A stretch of 62,733 nt of DNA, filler included, from Choristocarpus tenellus KU-1152 (Eukaryota > Protista > Phaeophyceae), in assembly GCA_964200185.2 (NCBI GenBank). It is 10 parts of 10 records of this genome, joined end to end, with 100 filler letters (N's around TTAATTAATTAA, not from the genome) between each part and the next. Parts side by side here need not be neighbours in the genome. Positions count along the whole stretch, not along the records: positions 40,027 to 44,592 come from CAXNAD020013988.1; positions 44,693 to 49,353 come from CAXNAD020013573.1; positions 49,454 to 59,509 come from CAXNAD020003178.1; 7 more parts are not named here. One strand, written 5' to 3'. A program made the position numbers and the translations under genes. This document shows, one piece after another, positions 40,323 to 52,082 of this stretch (positions within the stretch are counted from its first letter, which is position 1; each line of letters opens with the position of its first letter). The notes below the pieces were generated by a model. It saw only the letters and a program-made list of their open reading frames with translations, did no database searches and was not told the DNA's origin.

Positions 40323-41712
40323 TTGTCAACAAATCCTTTCTGAGTACGATCTGATATGATTCTGATGTGATTTTTGGGTATGATTGTCATAGATGGAAGA
40401 TTAATGACAACACCACTTCAAATTAATATTATTTTTCTTGTGGAGAGATCCTGTTATGAGGAGGAACTATTTTTTGTGGGGTGTATGTACAATACATATG
40501 CAAAAATTTAAGGTTCTTTGGATAGGAATTATTGTGATTGTGAGGAGGTTCGTACAAGATTAAGATATATGTGAGATACTGGATCAAATAATAAATAAGG
40601 TAGTATATATTTTTATTATTATGTCCTCTGACATTTTCCAGTTTTGTCAGGGAAAAAATTAGGGAAAGTTTATGAAGTAATCTGAATTTTGTGGACGGAA
40701 GAATTCTGGTTGGAGCGGGGTACAGGGGAGGGGAGAGGACTGGGAGAAAAAAACATTAGGAAGAGGGTGAACGAAGAGTTAAATACTGAGTGGCTAGGAG
40801 AGGGCGGAGAGAGGTTAACGAAATTAGTGGTAGATGGAGGCACAAGGGAAGAAGGAATGGTCAGCATTGAAAAGAGTACCTAGGGCTGGTGGTACAGGAC
40901 AAGGAGGGTTAGAACAAGACAACCTCCGAGCAAGCTTTCTTGATTATAGCATGGATGAAAGAGGAGAGAGCGAAGGAAGATAACACGACAATGTGGGAAG
41001 AGTTCGTAGGAAGGAAAGGAAAGGGAAAGGGGTGAAGAAGAAAGAAAAACGATTGAAGGATGGGGGGAAGAAAAAGGGGGGAAGGAAGGCAAAGATGACA
41101 TGGAAACACTGGCGGTTCAGATAATGCAAAAAAAGGAGATTGAGAAAGTTCAGAGGGAGATGGGCATCAGATTGGAGGGTGAGGAGGAGAAGAATGGAGA
41201 TGGGGAGGAGAAGGAAGGAGGAACGAACGGGGAAGAAAGCGAGTCCAGTCGATTCGAAGAACTCACGAAAGACGTAGCTAAATTAACGGAAAGTATGGAT
41301 AACATGATGGAAATCTTGAAGAGGATACACCAGACAAGTGCAACAGGACGATTGGACGTGAGCAGGGGGATGGAAGGGGATTGTAGATCTATCTATGATT
41401 GGGGAAGGATCGATGACTGTGGCGACTATGGCAGAAAGGATGAAAGGTCCTTAATCTAAGTGTGGAAGAGGGTCAACGTGAGGAAATACATCGTACTCTT
41501 GGGGTACATTCCCCTGTTTATTCAGGCAGGGGACGCGAGAGCCACACAGGATGAACTTTAAAGGATTGTCCACGAAAAGGCCGACGTTACTGAAAAGTTG
41601 GCAGGGCAACTTGAAAACCTGTCATCCTTTATGATAAAGGAATACATCCCGAAGGGAGAGCTAGGAAGGAAAACGAATAAAGGGGATTACGAGCTGCCGG
41701 ATAATTTTGACT

Positions 41713-41970
41713 GAGTCAAAGTATCTTAGAGGGTAGAGCCGCGTCCGTTTGGGGACCAAAATCCAATCTTGCGATTTTGATGTAATTCTGGCTATCGTGT
41801 TTGTTAGGAAGTGTCAATATCCTTATTCCGGACACACCATTCAAAATGTACCCATTTTAGCTACTCCGAAACATTTTGGAGTAGGTAAAATGTCAATAAA
41901 AAACCGTTGGAAGTCAAGATCCAAACGGACAAACAAGGAAAAACTCGTACCCTCTAAGATAATTTCACTT
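41713..41970 (+). mobile_element. MITE family A
   Basis: Full-length homolog with TIRs; TSD not clean. Confidence 0.9.
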
Positions 41971-42109
41971 ATCCATATAACACGACCCTGCTTACGTGTC
42001 AGTTGGGGTGATTCAGATGCCTGACAACCAAGGGGTACGATGAGTAGTTGCCGGACTGTAGGTATGATGATGTAATAGTTCGTTGAAGCTTGATGTGTGA
42101 CTGAAATCA

Positions 42110-42292
42110 GACTCAAAGCATATCTGCGGAGGGGGGGGAGGTCTTCACCAGGGTGTTCCAGTCGGGTCCTGACCAGGAAAGGTGCACTGACATTATCCAT
42201 CCGATGCATGCAACCAAATGACCCAAAAATTGCGACATGGAAAAGTGGGCCTCGAATGGACAGCCGCCACCCCCCCTCAAATACGCTGAGCC
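42110..42292 (-). mobile_element. MITE family B (diverged)
   Basis: Family B body with degenerate TIRs; flanks ATCA/TTCA. Confidence 0.85.
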
Positions 42293-42328
42293 TTCAGGTC
42301 AAAATTGTAGGGAGAGGAAAATCACAAT

Positions 42329-42875
42329 TGTAATCCGTATTATTGTGAGTATCAAGTGCTACAGGGTGGAAGTCTCGGTCGGACCTGCATGTTACAGGCG
42401 CCCCTCAATGCCCACCTTTCGAGGATGTACAAGTCAAGTCCAATTCACAGATTATCGAACGTCAGCTCAGCAGAACAGGGGTACTCTCAATTGAATCAAT
42501 CAGTATAAGAAAGGTATATAGAGTTTGGTATCAGATTTGAGAGTGAGCTTCTGTGGGCCTTAGGTCAGAAGAACTGAGCCGCTTTGAGCCATTTTTAGGA
42601 GTTCTAATCATCATTTACCGTTTGGGGTTTATTCGGGTTTACAAAAACTGGCATATATCTGAGAACCCTTTATTCGGGTTTACAAATACTGCAATATATC
42701 TGAGAACCCTTCCCGACCATCCATCCGTGACCCTCTGCAACTACCCGAGTTGCAGACTTTATTCTGCAACTTTTAGGCGAATCGGAGTTCCCCCTTTTGG
42801 GGTTCCCCACGCGCGTATACTGCTCGCGCTGGTTAAAGTGCGGGAAGGAAATACTCGCGTTATTCGCCTGTAACA
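42329..42875 (+). mobile_element. Possible LTR
   Basis: TGTAA...TAACA followed directly by a PBS-like TGGCCCCCAGC. Contains an internal tandem repeat of about 41 bp (42629-42711). No partner LTR is visible. Confidence 0.4.
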
Positions 42876-43974
42876 TGGCCCCCAGCATGAACTAGGTATA
42901 CATGTTTCACGCTTAGGCGATTGTACCGGTTAAGACAATAGACATTACCTGTCACCTCAGATCACGCTGTAGCAGCATGAGTTAGTTGCCATCACACAAA
43001 AGAGGGACTCCAGTTCCAACTTGTCAGTTGTCTCCAACCCAGGGACCTCAGTTCCAAATTCCAGATAGTTCCAACCAATGATTTGACATATCTCCCAGTT
43101 TCTTCTTGAGAATATTTCCTCCAAAGTCTTCAGACACAGTCAATATCAATAAATGTCTGAGCTAATCAGAGTATATATTATTCTTAAAAATATATAACTT
43201 CAACTAGATCCGGAATCGATCAACATATATCCATGTTTTTCTTGGGATAATTTATCCTAAGAGGCACAGAATATCTTTGCATCTCGGCTAGTCTGAGTTT
43301 GTACTTGCCCTTTCTAAAACATCTTCAAAAATAGCAAAGAATACACCTCTGACATGGCCTAAAATGAATGGGACCCCAGTTCCTATCACCTTAATCATAA
43401 ATTATTCATCTCCACAATTCTTTTAAAAAGAGTCCATCCACAAGGTCATAGGATTTACTCTTATTCAAATTGTGTCTGCCTAATCTAAATATGCCCGTTC
43501 TTCTGGGCTGGGACTTCAGAATAACAAAATGAAGAAAATAAGAAAACCCCAAAATAAATAAAAGAAGAATACATCCTATGTAACAACGTTTACTACAAGT
43601 GATTGTCACTGGTGAAGACATTAGACGTCATCAATCGCCTCAAATCATCCTGTAGCAGTGAGAAGGAAGAGCAGAAAAAATCGCCAAACTTCTACTAGGC
43701 CTAAACATTTATCCTTATCCTACTCGGGGAAATCTGTCTACGTCTAGCCTAATTCTGAGGATATATTCGTTCTCTCTAAGGTACAGCTTTCCTAGAGTAC
43801 CAAGTATCATCCAATTATTGCCTGTCTCATGCCCCCCAGCACGAAGCATACTGACGGCTGCTAGTGCGTAAAACAGGTCATATCAGCAACGTCAGCCTAT
43901 AAATCGGTTAGTCCTCACGTACCTTGCCTTCTGGATGCGTAGTGGTTACCTGTTGGATTATTTTCGGGAGAAAC

Positions 43975-44145
43975 GACTCATTTCACTTTTGTTCATTTCT
44001 TCCTAATCCCCATCAATATAAACCGTACCCTCCAGTAGGGTGACTTGAAGTCAAAAACTCTACCTATCTACCACTTATCCTTTCCTTTCTCGTATTTCCG
44101 TGACTTCTTGAGAGTAGTACCTGTGGGGAAAAGGTGTAAGGCATC
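43975..44145 (-). pseudogene. Decayed Tudor-like domain, probably from a retroelement ORF
   Basis: Manual translation: LHLFPTGTTLKKSRKYEKGKDKW*IGRVFDFKSPYWRVR/YIDGD*EEMNKSEM, with two stops and one frameshift. Confidence 0.55.
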
Positions 44146-45179
44146 CTCTCTAGGCAAGGATTTTCCTTGGTGGGAGGTGTCAGTAGGGCGTGGGCTCGTG
44201 TCTGGATTATAGAGGTCCCATAGAGCATGGAAGACATCTAACTGTAGTGGCTTATCTTCTCCTGCTTTTCCTTTTATTTCTACCCTGTCTTCGAGGGTAG
44301 AGTCTAAAGGTTGCCAACCAAAAGTGTCAGAGGCGTTAAGCGAGGGAAGGAGTTTCTGTGGGGTGTGTGTCGGGTCTACGTTAGGTGTTTTATCCGGGAT
44401 CATATAACCAGAGGAAGGGGGGTTACACACTGGCATACTTTGATCCTGGGAACTACTGAGTGGTAACCAACCTCTAACGCCTAGGTCTCGATTATAAGGT
44501 CCCATGTGGCAATCTTGCAGAGCTGATGTCACAGTATTCCTGAGAGTGCGGCATCAGACCCAAAGTATCTGGTAGGGGGGGGGGGTTTACACNNNNNNNN
44601 NNNNNNNNNNNNNNNNNNNNNNNNNNNNNNNNNNNNTTAATTAATTAANNNNNNNNNNNNNNNNNNNNNNNNNNNNNNNNNNNNNNNNNNNNTTTTTTTT
44701 TTTCAACTTTGTAGTCGCGAATTATTTATTTATTTATTTTCTTCTATTCACAACACCGTATATATACTTTTTAATACGAATAGAAACCAATAAAAAAAAA
44801 AGTGAGAGGCAGCGCCGGAACCAAAACGAAAATAATAGTATCCCCGTGATTCTTTCTTTCTTTTTTTCTTGATGTCCTTTTTTTTGCTTCCTTTTCTCTT
44901 TTACTGATATCCTTTTTTTTTGCTTCCTTTTCTTTTACTGATGTCCTTTTTCTTGCTTCCTTTTCTTTTACTGATATCCTTTTTTTTTTTTCTCATCTGA
45001 ATAGTGCACACCAGTCACACCCACATACGTACCCCTACATACATACACTCCAATCGTTGTAGTTGTGAAAAAAACACAATATATATATATATATATATAC
45101 TTATTTATTTTTAATACAATACAATAAGAAAAAAAGAAAAGAAAACGCCTTATGTAACAACAGTCTTACAAGAACTCAC

Positions 45180-48100
45180 GCATCCGCCTTCCCACAAAGT
45201 TCGCCGCGTAACGCCTTCATCCCCTCTTCCAACTCCTGACCCTGTTTCCTCAGGCTTCCTCCGGTCCTGTCCAGTCCTATCTCCAGGGCAGATATCCTGG
45301 CAGAGGAGTCCTCGAGGAAGTCAGAGACCGTCGATACCTTTGCACAGGCCGCCTCCATGATAGACATCTCTGCCTGTGTTCATCACATCAACCCATCCAT
45401 CAATCCATCCATCAATCCATCCATCCATCCATCCATCCAAAAAAAAATGTGTTCAAATGTTCAAACATGTAATAGTACAGCACAAACACACCAGTATTAA
45501 AATAAAAACACACACACACATACACACAATTATCGAACTCCTTTTGTGAACACAGTAGCACGTATCGAGACATATTGCCACCATCGGTACGTCTACATCG
45601 CTTTTTAAAAAAAAGTGACCATTACTATAATTACCGCTATCATCATAACCATTACTATCATTACCACTATTACCATTACCATTATCATTATCATCATTAC
45701 CTCTATTATCACTACCACTATTATCATTACCTCTATTATCATTACCACCATCATCATTACCTCTATCATCATTATCATTATCATTATTACCTTTATCATT
45801 ATCATCATTACCTCTATTATCATTACCACTATTATCATTACCACTATCATCATTACCTCTATCATAATTATCATTATTACTAAAATAAATAAAATAAAAT
45901 AAGACACACAACACCAACACCATTCTCTTTCTAAATAGAACCATTCCAACATCCCAACCATCGACCCAATCGAAAAATGTTTTTTTTTCATCTTTTTCCT
46001 CACACTACACTGGAAGATGACACTTGGTACACAACTGACCCAAAGTATCTGAGGGGGGGGTGGGCGGGGGGGGTCTACACCAAGGTGTCCAGTTGTTCCA
46101 AAATCAGGAAAAGTGCATTTACATTATCCATCCGACGTATGAAACCCAAATAACACAAAAATCGCCACATGAAAAAATTGACCCAAAATGAACAGCCGCC
46201 ACCCCCTCCCCTAGATACTTTAAGCCACTACATGCCATTATCGATTTAGATCACAAATGATATCCAATTGTATCAAATTGTATCAAATTGTATCAAGTGG
46301 TACCAAACAACGGTATCAAACGGCATTAAACAGTATCAAATTGTATCAAATTGTATCAAGTGGTACCAAACGGTATCAAACGGCATTAAACATATCAAAT
46401 TGTATCAAATTGTATCAAGTGGTACCAAACAGTATCAAATGGCATCAAACAGTATCAAATTGTATCAAACAGTATCAAAGTATCAAGTGGTACCAACGGT
46501 ATCAAATGGCATCAAACAGTGTCAAATTGTATCAAACAGTATCAGAAACCCCACGCGTACACTATCAACATTTTTTTTTCTCAGGTCATACCCCCGACCG
46601 GTTGAAACCCTATTTTTGAAAATCAAAATGCTCTGATACACCAAACGTTCAAAATCTTTTCAGAAAATATAATAAAATAAAATAAAATAAAATAAAATCA
46701 GATTAAATCAGATTAAATGTATCAATCCTACACATACAAAAAAAAATGCAGGCGGATCTCTGGAGGTTATGATATGGTTGGGGGAAAATGTCGATAATGT
46801 CAACATACATCTACAAAAAACAAAACAGAGACACACATATTTGTATACACAGATACACATACTTAGATACACATATTTAGATACACAGATACATGTTTTG
46901 TAAAAATATGAGGAGTATATATGTATGTCATTTAATAAAATACATGAGTATATATATATATATATGTCATCTTTAAAAAATAAAAAAAGAGAACAGGACA
47001 GTAACAATACTCTTCCAAAAAAAGACAAAAAAGCAAGAGGACTACTACTATGTGACACCCCTGCGACCAGAGGCAAGAGACATAACAGGAGTGTAACAGT
47101 AGTGTAACAGGAGTGTAACAGTAGAGTAACAGGAGTGTAACAGTAGAGTCAGTAGTCAGTAGAACCCTCCACCTTGTCGAGCTTGGTGACCAGGACCCCC
47201 TGGACAGCTGAGAGCTTCTCAGACAGACCTCGGTGAGCACGTCCAAGGCTATCGGCAAAGTCCCTACCAACGGCCCACCTCCGAAGGTCCTTATCATGAG
47301 CCCGTAGCATCAACTCCATCTCCTCTCCCTTCACACACACACACACACACACACAGATAAACGCCAACGCCATCATCAAACGCACCGGAAACCCCGCCAA
47401 GAGAGGGGGGTGGTGTAGAGCATAGCCGGTAGTAAAAATATTAAATAAATTATAGAAAAACGTCTCTTTCACTCTTACAAAAAACGCTGTTTTCTTCAAA
47501 GTTTTTTTTTTCTGACTCTTACGACAAATGTCACTCTTTTTCAAAACAAAAGGGGTTGTTTTGTTTTTTTCTGATACATTTACGAAAAACATTGTTTTTT
47601 ATTTTCAGCGGATTTTTCCCCCGCGACAGACAGACCTGAAAAAATGTCAAAAAAAATGTCAGAGGGCACACACAACGACAGAACAAACACGATCTGCAAT
47701 TGTTGATACGTGTTGGGGTTTTTTGTTTATTTATAGGGGGATGCTGCGAGCGTCAAAAGAGGGAGTGAATAAAAAAAAAAGAGGAGGAAACACCATAGCA
47801 ACGAGGTGAATTTAAAAAAAAAAAGTTGGCAAGAGCGGATAATAATACAAAATACAATTCAAATACGGAATGAAAAAAAAAAGTATATTTTTGTGTCTAC
47901 GTATATATATATATATATGTATATATATATGTACTCCCTCTGTCCCATAAAAGTCTGCGCCTTTATGCACGTATCTCTTCGGGATGACCTCAGATTTTTT
48001 TTAATAAGAAACGGATTTTTTGCTTCTTTTTTTTGCGTTGGATTTCTCAGAACAATTTCACGTAAGCTGAGTTATATTTAAGAAACAATATATATATATA

Positions 48101-49085
48101 TATATCCTGGTCTGGACTATGTTGAAACATAGGCTACTCATATCTTGAGATACTTGATATTATACTCCTACCCTGATTTCAAGAAATTATCAAGAAATTA
48201 TCAAGAAATTATCAATGCTCCGTTCAGCGAAAGCTCTAACAATAGTGTATAAAAATATATAAAAATATGCATTATTTATTTATTATTATTTTTTCTTCCT
48301 TGTCGACATACTGTGTTACAACCAACTGATGTTGAAGAGAAGAAGCAGTGTAGTGTAATCCACTCTCAATACAATTTTTTTCAATCATACCGCCAATCCT
48401 ATTTTTTTTTTTAACTAAATCATGGACAAGAGATACCAAATAATAAAATATATATTCCCTGAAGTATATACAGCCTATTGGAATAGAGGAGAACACCTCC
48501 CAATCTCCTTAGGTTGATCGTAAATGGAGTTGTGATGCCGTTCACTTCCATATCATTGAACTCCCAAAAATTACCTGAGAAGTTACTTTCCCCCTAAAAG
48601 GTTCAGTTCATAAATGAGTCGCACTGTACAGTTGTGATTTTTTTTTTTTAACGAAAAATTCCGCCCCAAAATATACTTTTATTAGCCGAAAATTAGATCG
48701 AAATCGCACTGCTCCTCATCTCTTTTTACTCTCTTAATTAAAAAAAATAAAAATAAAAATAAAAATAAAAAACGTGCAAATTTTTTAAAAAGATAAAAGA
48801 AATATATACACTGTTCCAACAGCTACTTCACGTGACACAAAGTACAGACGATTCAAATTTCTTTGAGAAAATAAATAAGGAGACATGCACAAACCATCTC
48901 CAGACAACCGCGCCCCCGTCCATCAGCACAAACCAAATATCAAATAAATAGGAACAACTGCCTTCCTCCTCATTGAAATCCCCCCTTCTGCCCCCCCTGC
49001 CGAAGGCGTGGTCAATCCTTACCTTGGCCTGCAGCTCATCTTGGCCGGCCTTGCTGGCAAGCTGTTTAAGTATCTTGCAAAGGGC
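45180..49085 (-). CDS. Internal exons of an unknown coiled-coil protein
   Basis: GC-rich GT-AG exons in AT-rich introns: 49085-49023 ([21 protein letters not shown]), 47328-47173 ([14 protein letters not shown]...LVTKLDK), 45373-45180 ([10 protein letters not shown]...ELCGKADA). Phases are compatible. Confidence 0.7.
45618..45880. repeat. Imperfect trinucleotide (ATT/ATC/ACT/ACC) array with a recurring ATCATTACCTCT unit, intronic
   Basis: Directly visible; it explains four overlapping low-complexity ORFs. Confidence 0.95.
46037..46226 (-). mobile_element. MITE family B
   Basis: GACCCAAAGTATCT...AGATACTTTAAGCC, flanked by ACT/ACT. Confidence 0.9.
46259..46545. repeat. 10-bp minisatellite (GTATCAAATT / GTATCAAACA / GGTACCAAAC variants)
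   Basis: Directly visible tandem array with higher-order periodicity. Confidence 0.9.
47083..47148. repeat. 11-bp tandem repeat (GTAACAGKAGW)
   Basis: About six tandem units. Confidence 0.85.
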
Positions 49086-49453
49086 CTGGGCAGGAGGCGT
49101 TTTTAACGCACGAAATAAACAAGCAAAACATACATTTTTTTTGTTTAATGACAAAAATAATTAAATATAACTCTGAATCAAAAACAGTACCGTACACAAT
49201 CAGATTTTTTTTTAAACAAAAAAAATGACAAAAAAATAAAAATAAAAATAAAATTAACACACAAATATACGTAAACATGGAACACTATCCGCTGGGGAAA
49301 TAGACAAGCTGGGAACAGACAACCCAGGGGGTGGTGAGTGGCGGGCGGGGGGGNNNNNNNNNNNNNNNNNNNNNNNNNNNNNNNNNNNNNNNNNNNNTTA
49401 ATTAATTAANNNNNNNNNNNNNNNNNNNNNNNNNNNNNNNNNNNNNNNNNNNN

Positions 49454-49632
49454 GTGGTGGTGGGGCGGGGGAGGAAGCGGGGTCTACACCAGAGTGTCCA
49501 TTTGGACCAAAACTAGGAAAAGTGAATTTAACATTATCCATCCGACGTATGCAACCAAATCACCCAAAAACCGCGACATGAAAAAATTGGCCCCAAAGGG
49601 ACAGCCGCCACCCCTCCCAGGTAGTTTGAGTC
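49454..49632 (-). mobile_element. MITE family B, truncated at contig start; other terminal fragments at 11-47, 16419-16481, 16582-16601, 30903-30922, 44557-44592
   Basis: Family B body ending TTTGAGTC. Confidence 0.85.
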
Positions 49633-50389
49633 ATGTTGAGTTATTATATCGTACGTTCCCTTGCGATTTATCAAAATTTCTTATCTCATCTCCACATTTC
49701 ATAAAATAGAACTCTCTTTAGACCAGGCTCAATAATTAATTGCAGATAGATATAGATATAAAGTTTTCACACATTATATAATAGACTAATCAAGTTTCAG
49801 CTGAACCTAGAATGGGGTAAAAAGGAGGAATGTATGCGCCGCACAAGAAAAAACTGCGTACAAACATTGTCCCAGAGTGCGACAAGTACTAGAGCACAAC
49901 ATGGTCCCCTCCATAGGCGTTGATGCGCAAACAGAGGATGCAGATGTGCACAATACAGCACCAGATTGGGGCACATTTCAACGATCTCCCCAAAAGACAC
50001 GATCTACACTATGCACATTTTTTTTTCTATTCCAACAAGAATAAATGATGAAGAAACTTCGATTTCTTGGGGATGTTATTGTAGGTTTGAATGTTCCACT
50101 CCGAACCAGAAGATTTTGAGTTTCACACCCAGTGTTAAAAGGGTACCTATCTTTGTTCGTAGGACAATGTGTAATTTGTACATGCGTGTTTGTGATAACT
50201 GACGCAGTGTTGGAGGAATTTGTTGTAGTGGGAGCGAAGCCTTGTAGAATTATGGACCTCACGGATTGTTCATGTCGCATAACCACATACCAGAACCTCA
50301 GGCACTTCAGGCTTGGTCATTCGAATATGAAGCTCAAGTGATTCACTTAACTGTGATTCTGGCATATAGCACTTGACCGTACTTCTGGA

Positions 50390-50900
50390 AACAACTCCAG
50401 ACTATTTAGACTGTCGACTGGTATCCGTGGTGAGACCAGCTTCATCACTGATGATGTCTCCAAGGTAAGCAAACTTGTTTGTCAGTCTACTTCTAGCTCT
50501 GACCCAAAGCCCAGGTCTTTATGATGTCAGCAATGCTGATGTGAGGTTGAAGGCACATGGTCTCCAATTTCAACTCTCTGACATGGTCAACCCAACTGAC
50601 CTGCCCCCTCCACAATCACTATCATCATCCTCATCAAATACCATTGGATTTTAGACAGGTTGCATTGTCAGCGTAAGGCATATCCTGCAGGTGCCGCTCA
50701 TGTGTTTTCCCACTCGCTATTGCTCCTACGTTTTTGGACTGGCTCTTTGTTCTAGCTCCAGTAATGACAAAAAGGTCCTTGGAGACGGCTGAGTCCGAGT
50801 TGAACTCATTAACTGCTACACTTATTACAGGAATGAAGATATTGAAGAGGATGGGGCCAAGATCGTGCCTGTATAGTAGGCGGGTCATCGTGCTTTTAGT
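50390..50900 (-). mobile_element. Non-LTR retrotransposon (RTE-like) reverse transcriptase fragment, decayed
   Basis: LGPILFNIFI, LQDMPYADN (YADD-like) and downstream NKFAYLGDIISDEAGLTTD. Confidence 0.75.
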
Positions 50901-52082
50901 CTCAAATCGTGTTTCAGCTGGTGTTGATGAGTGATATGTGATAATCAACTTGAAATAGGTTGTGGATGGAGAAGAGTGGAGATGAAGGTTAAAGAGAAAT
51001 GTGCAATTTCCGGTTGGTGATCCCTTTGCCACCTCCTATGAATCCTTCACCTTGTCTACGTGCTCTAGACCTCAGCATAACAACTGTTATGGTTAACCCA
51101 AGAATCCATTACATGCACCAAGAATCCTCAGGTAGCAGGAAGCAGCACTTGGGACTGGACTGATTGTTGGGGGGTGTTTTCTGCTCTTGTTCTGTAGGCG
51201 TCGGCTTGCACTTGCTCAATCATTCACCACAGTTGGACTCTGGTGGGGCAGCAGCCAAGGTATCTCTCCACATGACAGTGCTTATTGCATTGTTATTGAA
51301 ATGTGACTCCATTATCTATCCTGCCAGTGAACATGGTGGCGATTTGATACCACCTCCGGTATGTGAAGATGGATCAACCAAGTCGGTTGGGTCAAGAGAT
51401 GAGATCAACAATACAGTATTTCTCAAAACTACATTTTACTTGAACAAGGATGAGTTTCACTTGTCCTATAGCCACGAAATTCGTTCATTATTCATATTCC
51501 CACCATTAATACAGTTTCATACATATTTTGTTTAATCCTGACCGGTTGTAAGAGGCACTACACAATAAACTACTGAAACTAAACTGCTACACGACAACTG
51601 TTTGTGCTGCCTCCATTTATGCCTTGCTTCTTGTTTAGCCATCTCACCACTCGTTGCTCCATGCCTGCCTTCCCTAGAACCTCTTTGCTAGACCCACCTC
51701 AGTGTCACTCAGCAATGAAGCCTTGCCACCTTGCTCTCAGTCCAGTGCTTTTGTGGGATAGCAACAGATAGGATGGTACAGGAATATAATCTGTATTGCT
51801 CACTACACAACCGAGACTTAGGACAATTAAAACCAGAATTCCAATATATGATCTTTGGATCGATGAGGTTTGAACCCATGAACTTCACACAGGGAGGTTT
51901 GATGAGGACTCTCCAGGAGGGCAACAAATACTTGGAAGTACCACGAGAGGTGACGTTGATGAGAAGCACTCCAATGGCCCCCACTCTCCTCAAAACAAAG
52001 AAGAAATTCCGCTCAGGAAAGGTCTGGCACATTGCAAGACATGTCCAAATGAGACAGTCGTATCTATTGCCATTGTTATTAT

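Noticed and set aside
40670-41712. Glu/Lys-rich ORF 41100-41459 as a host gene
   Set aside because: Purine-rich low-complexity sequence with stops in the flanking frames and no splice support or recognisable domain; probably decayed transposon DNA.
45453-46003. His/Tyr-, Asn/Asp- and Ile/Thr-rich ORFs
   Set aside because: They are translations of an intronic trinucleotide repeat.
46257-46636. Repetitive ORFs (YQIVSNCIK) and a possible CRISPR-like array
   Set aside because: A 10-bp minisatellite with no unique spacers and no cas genes.
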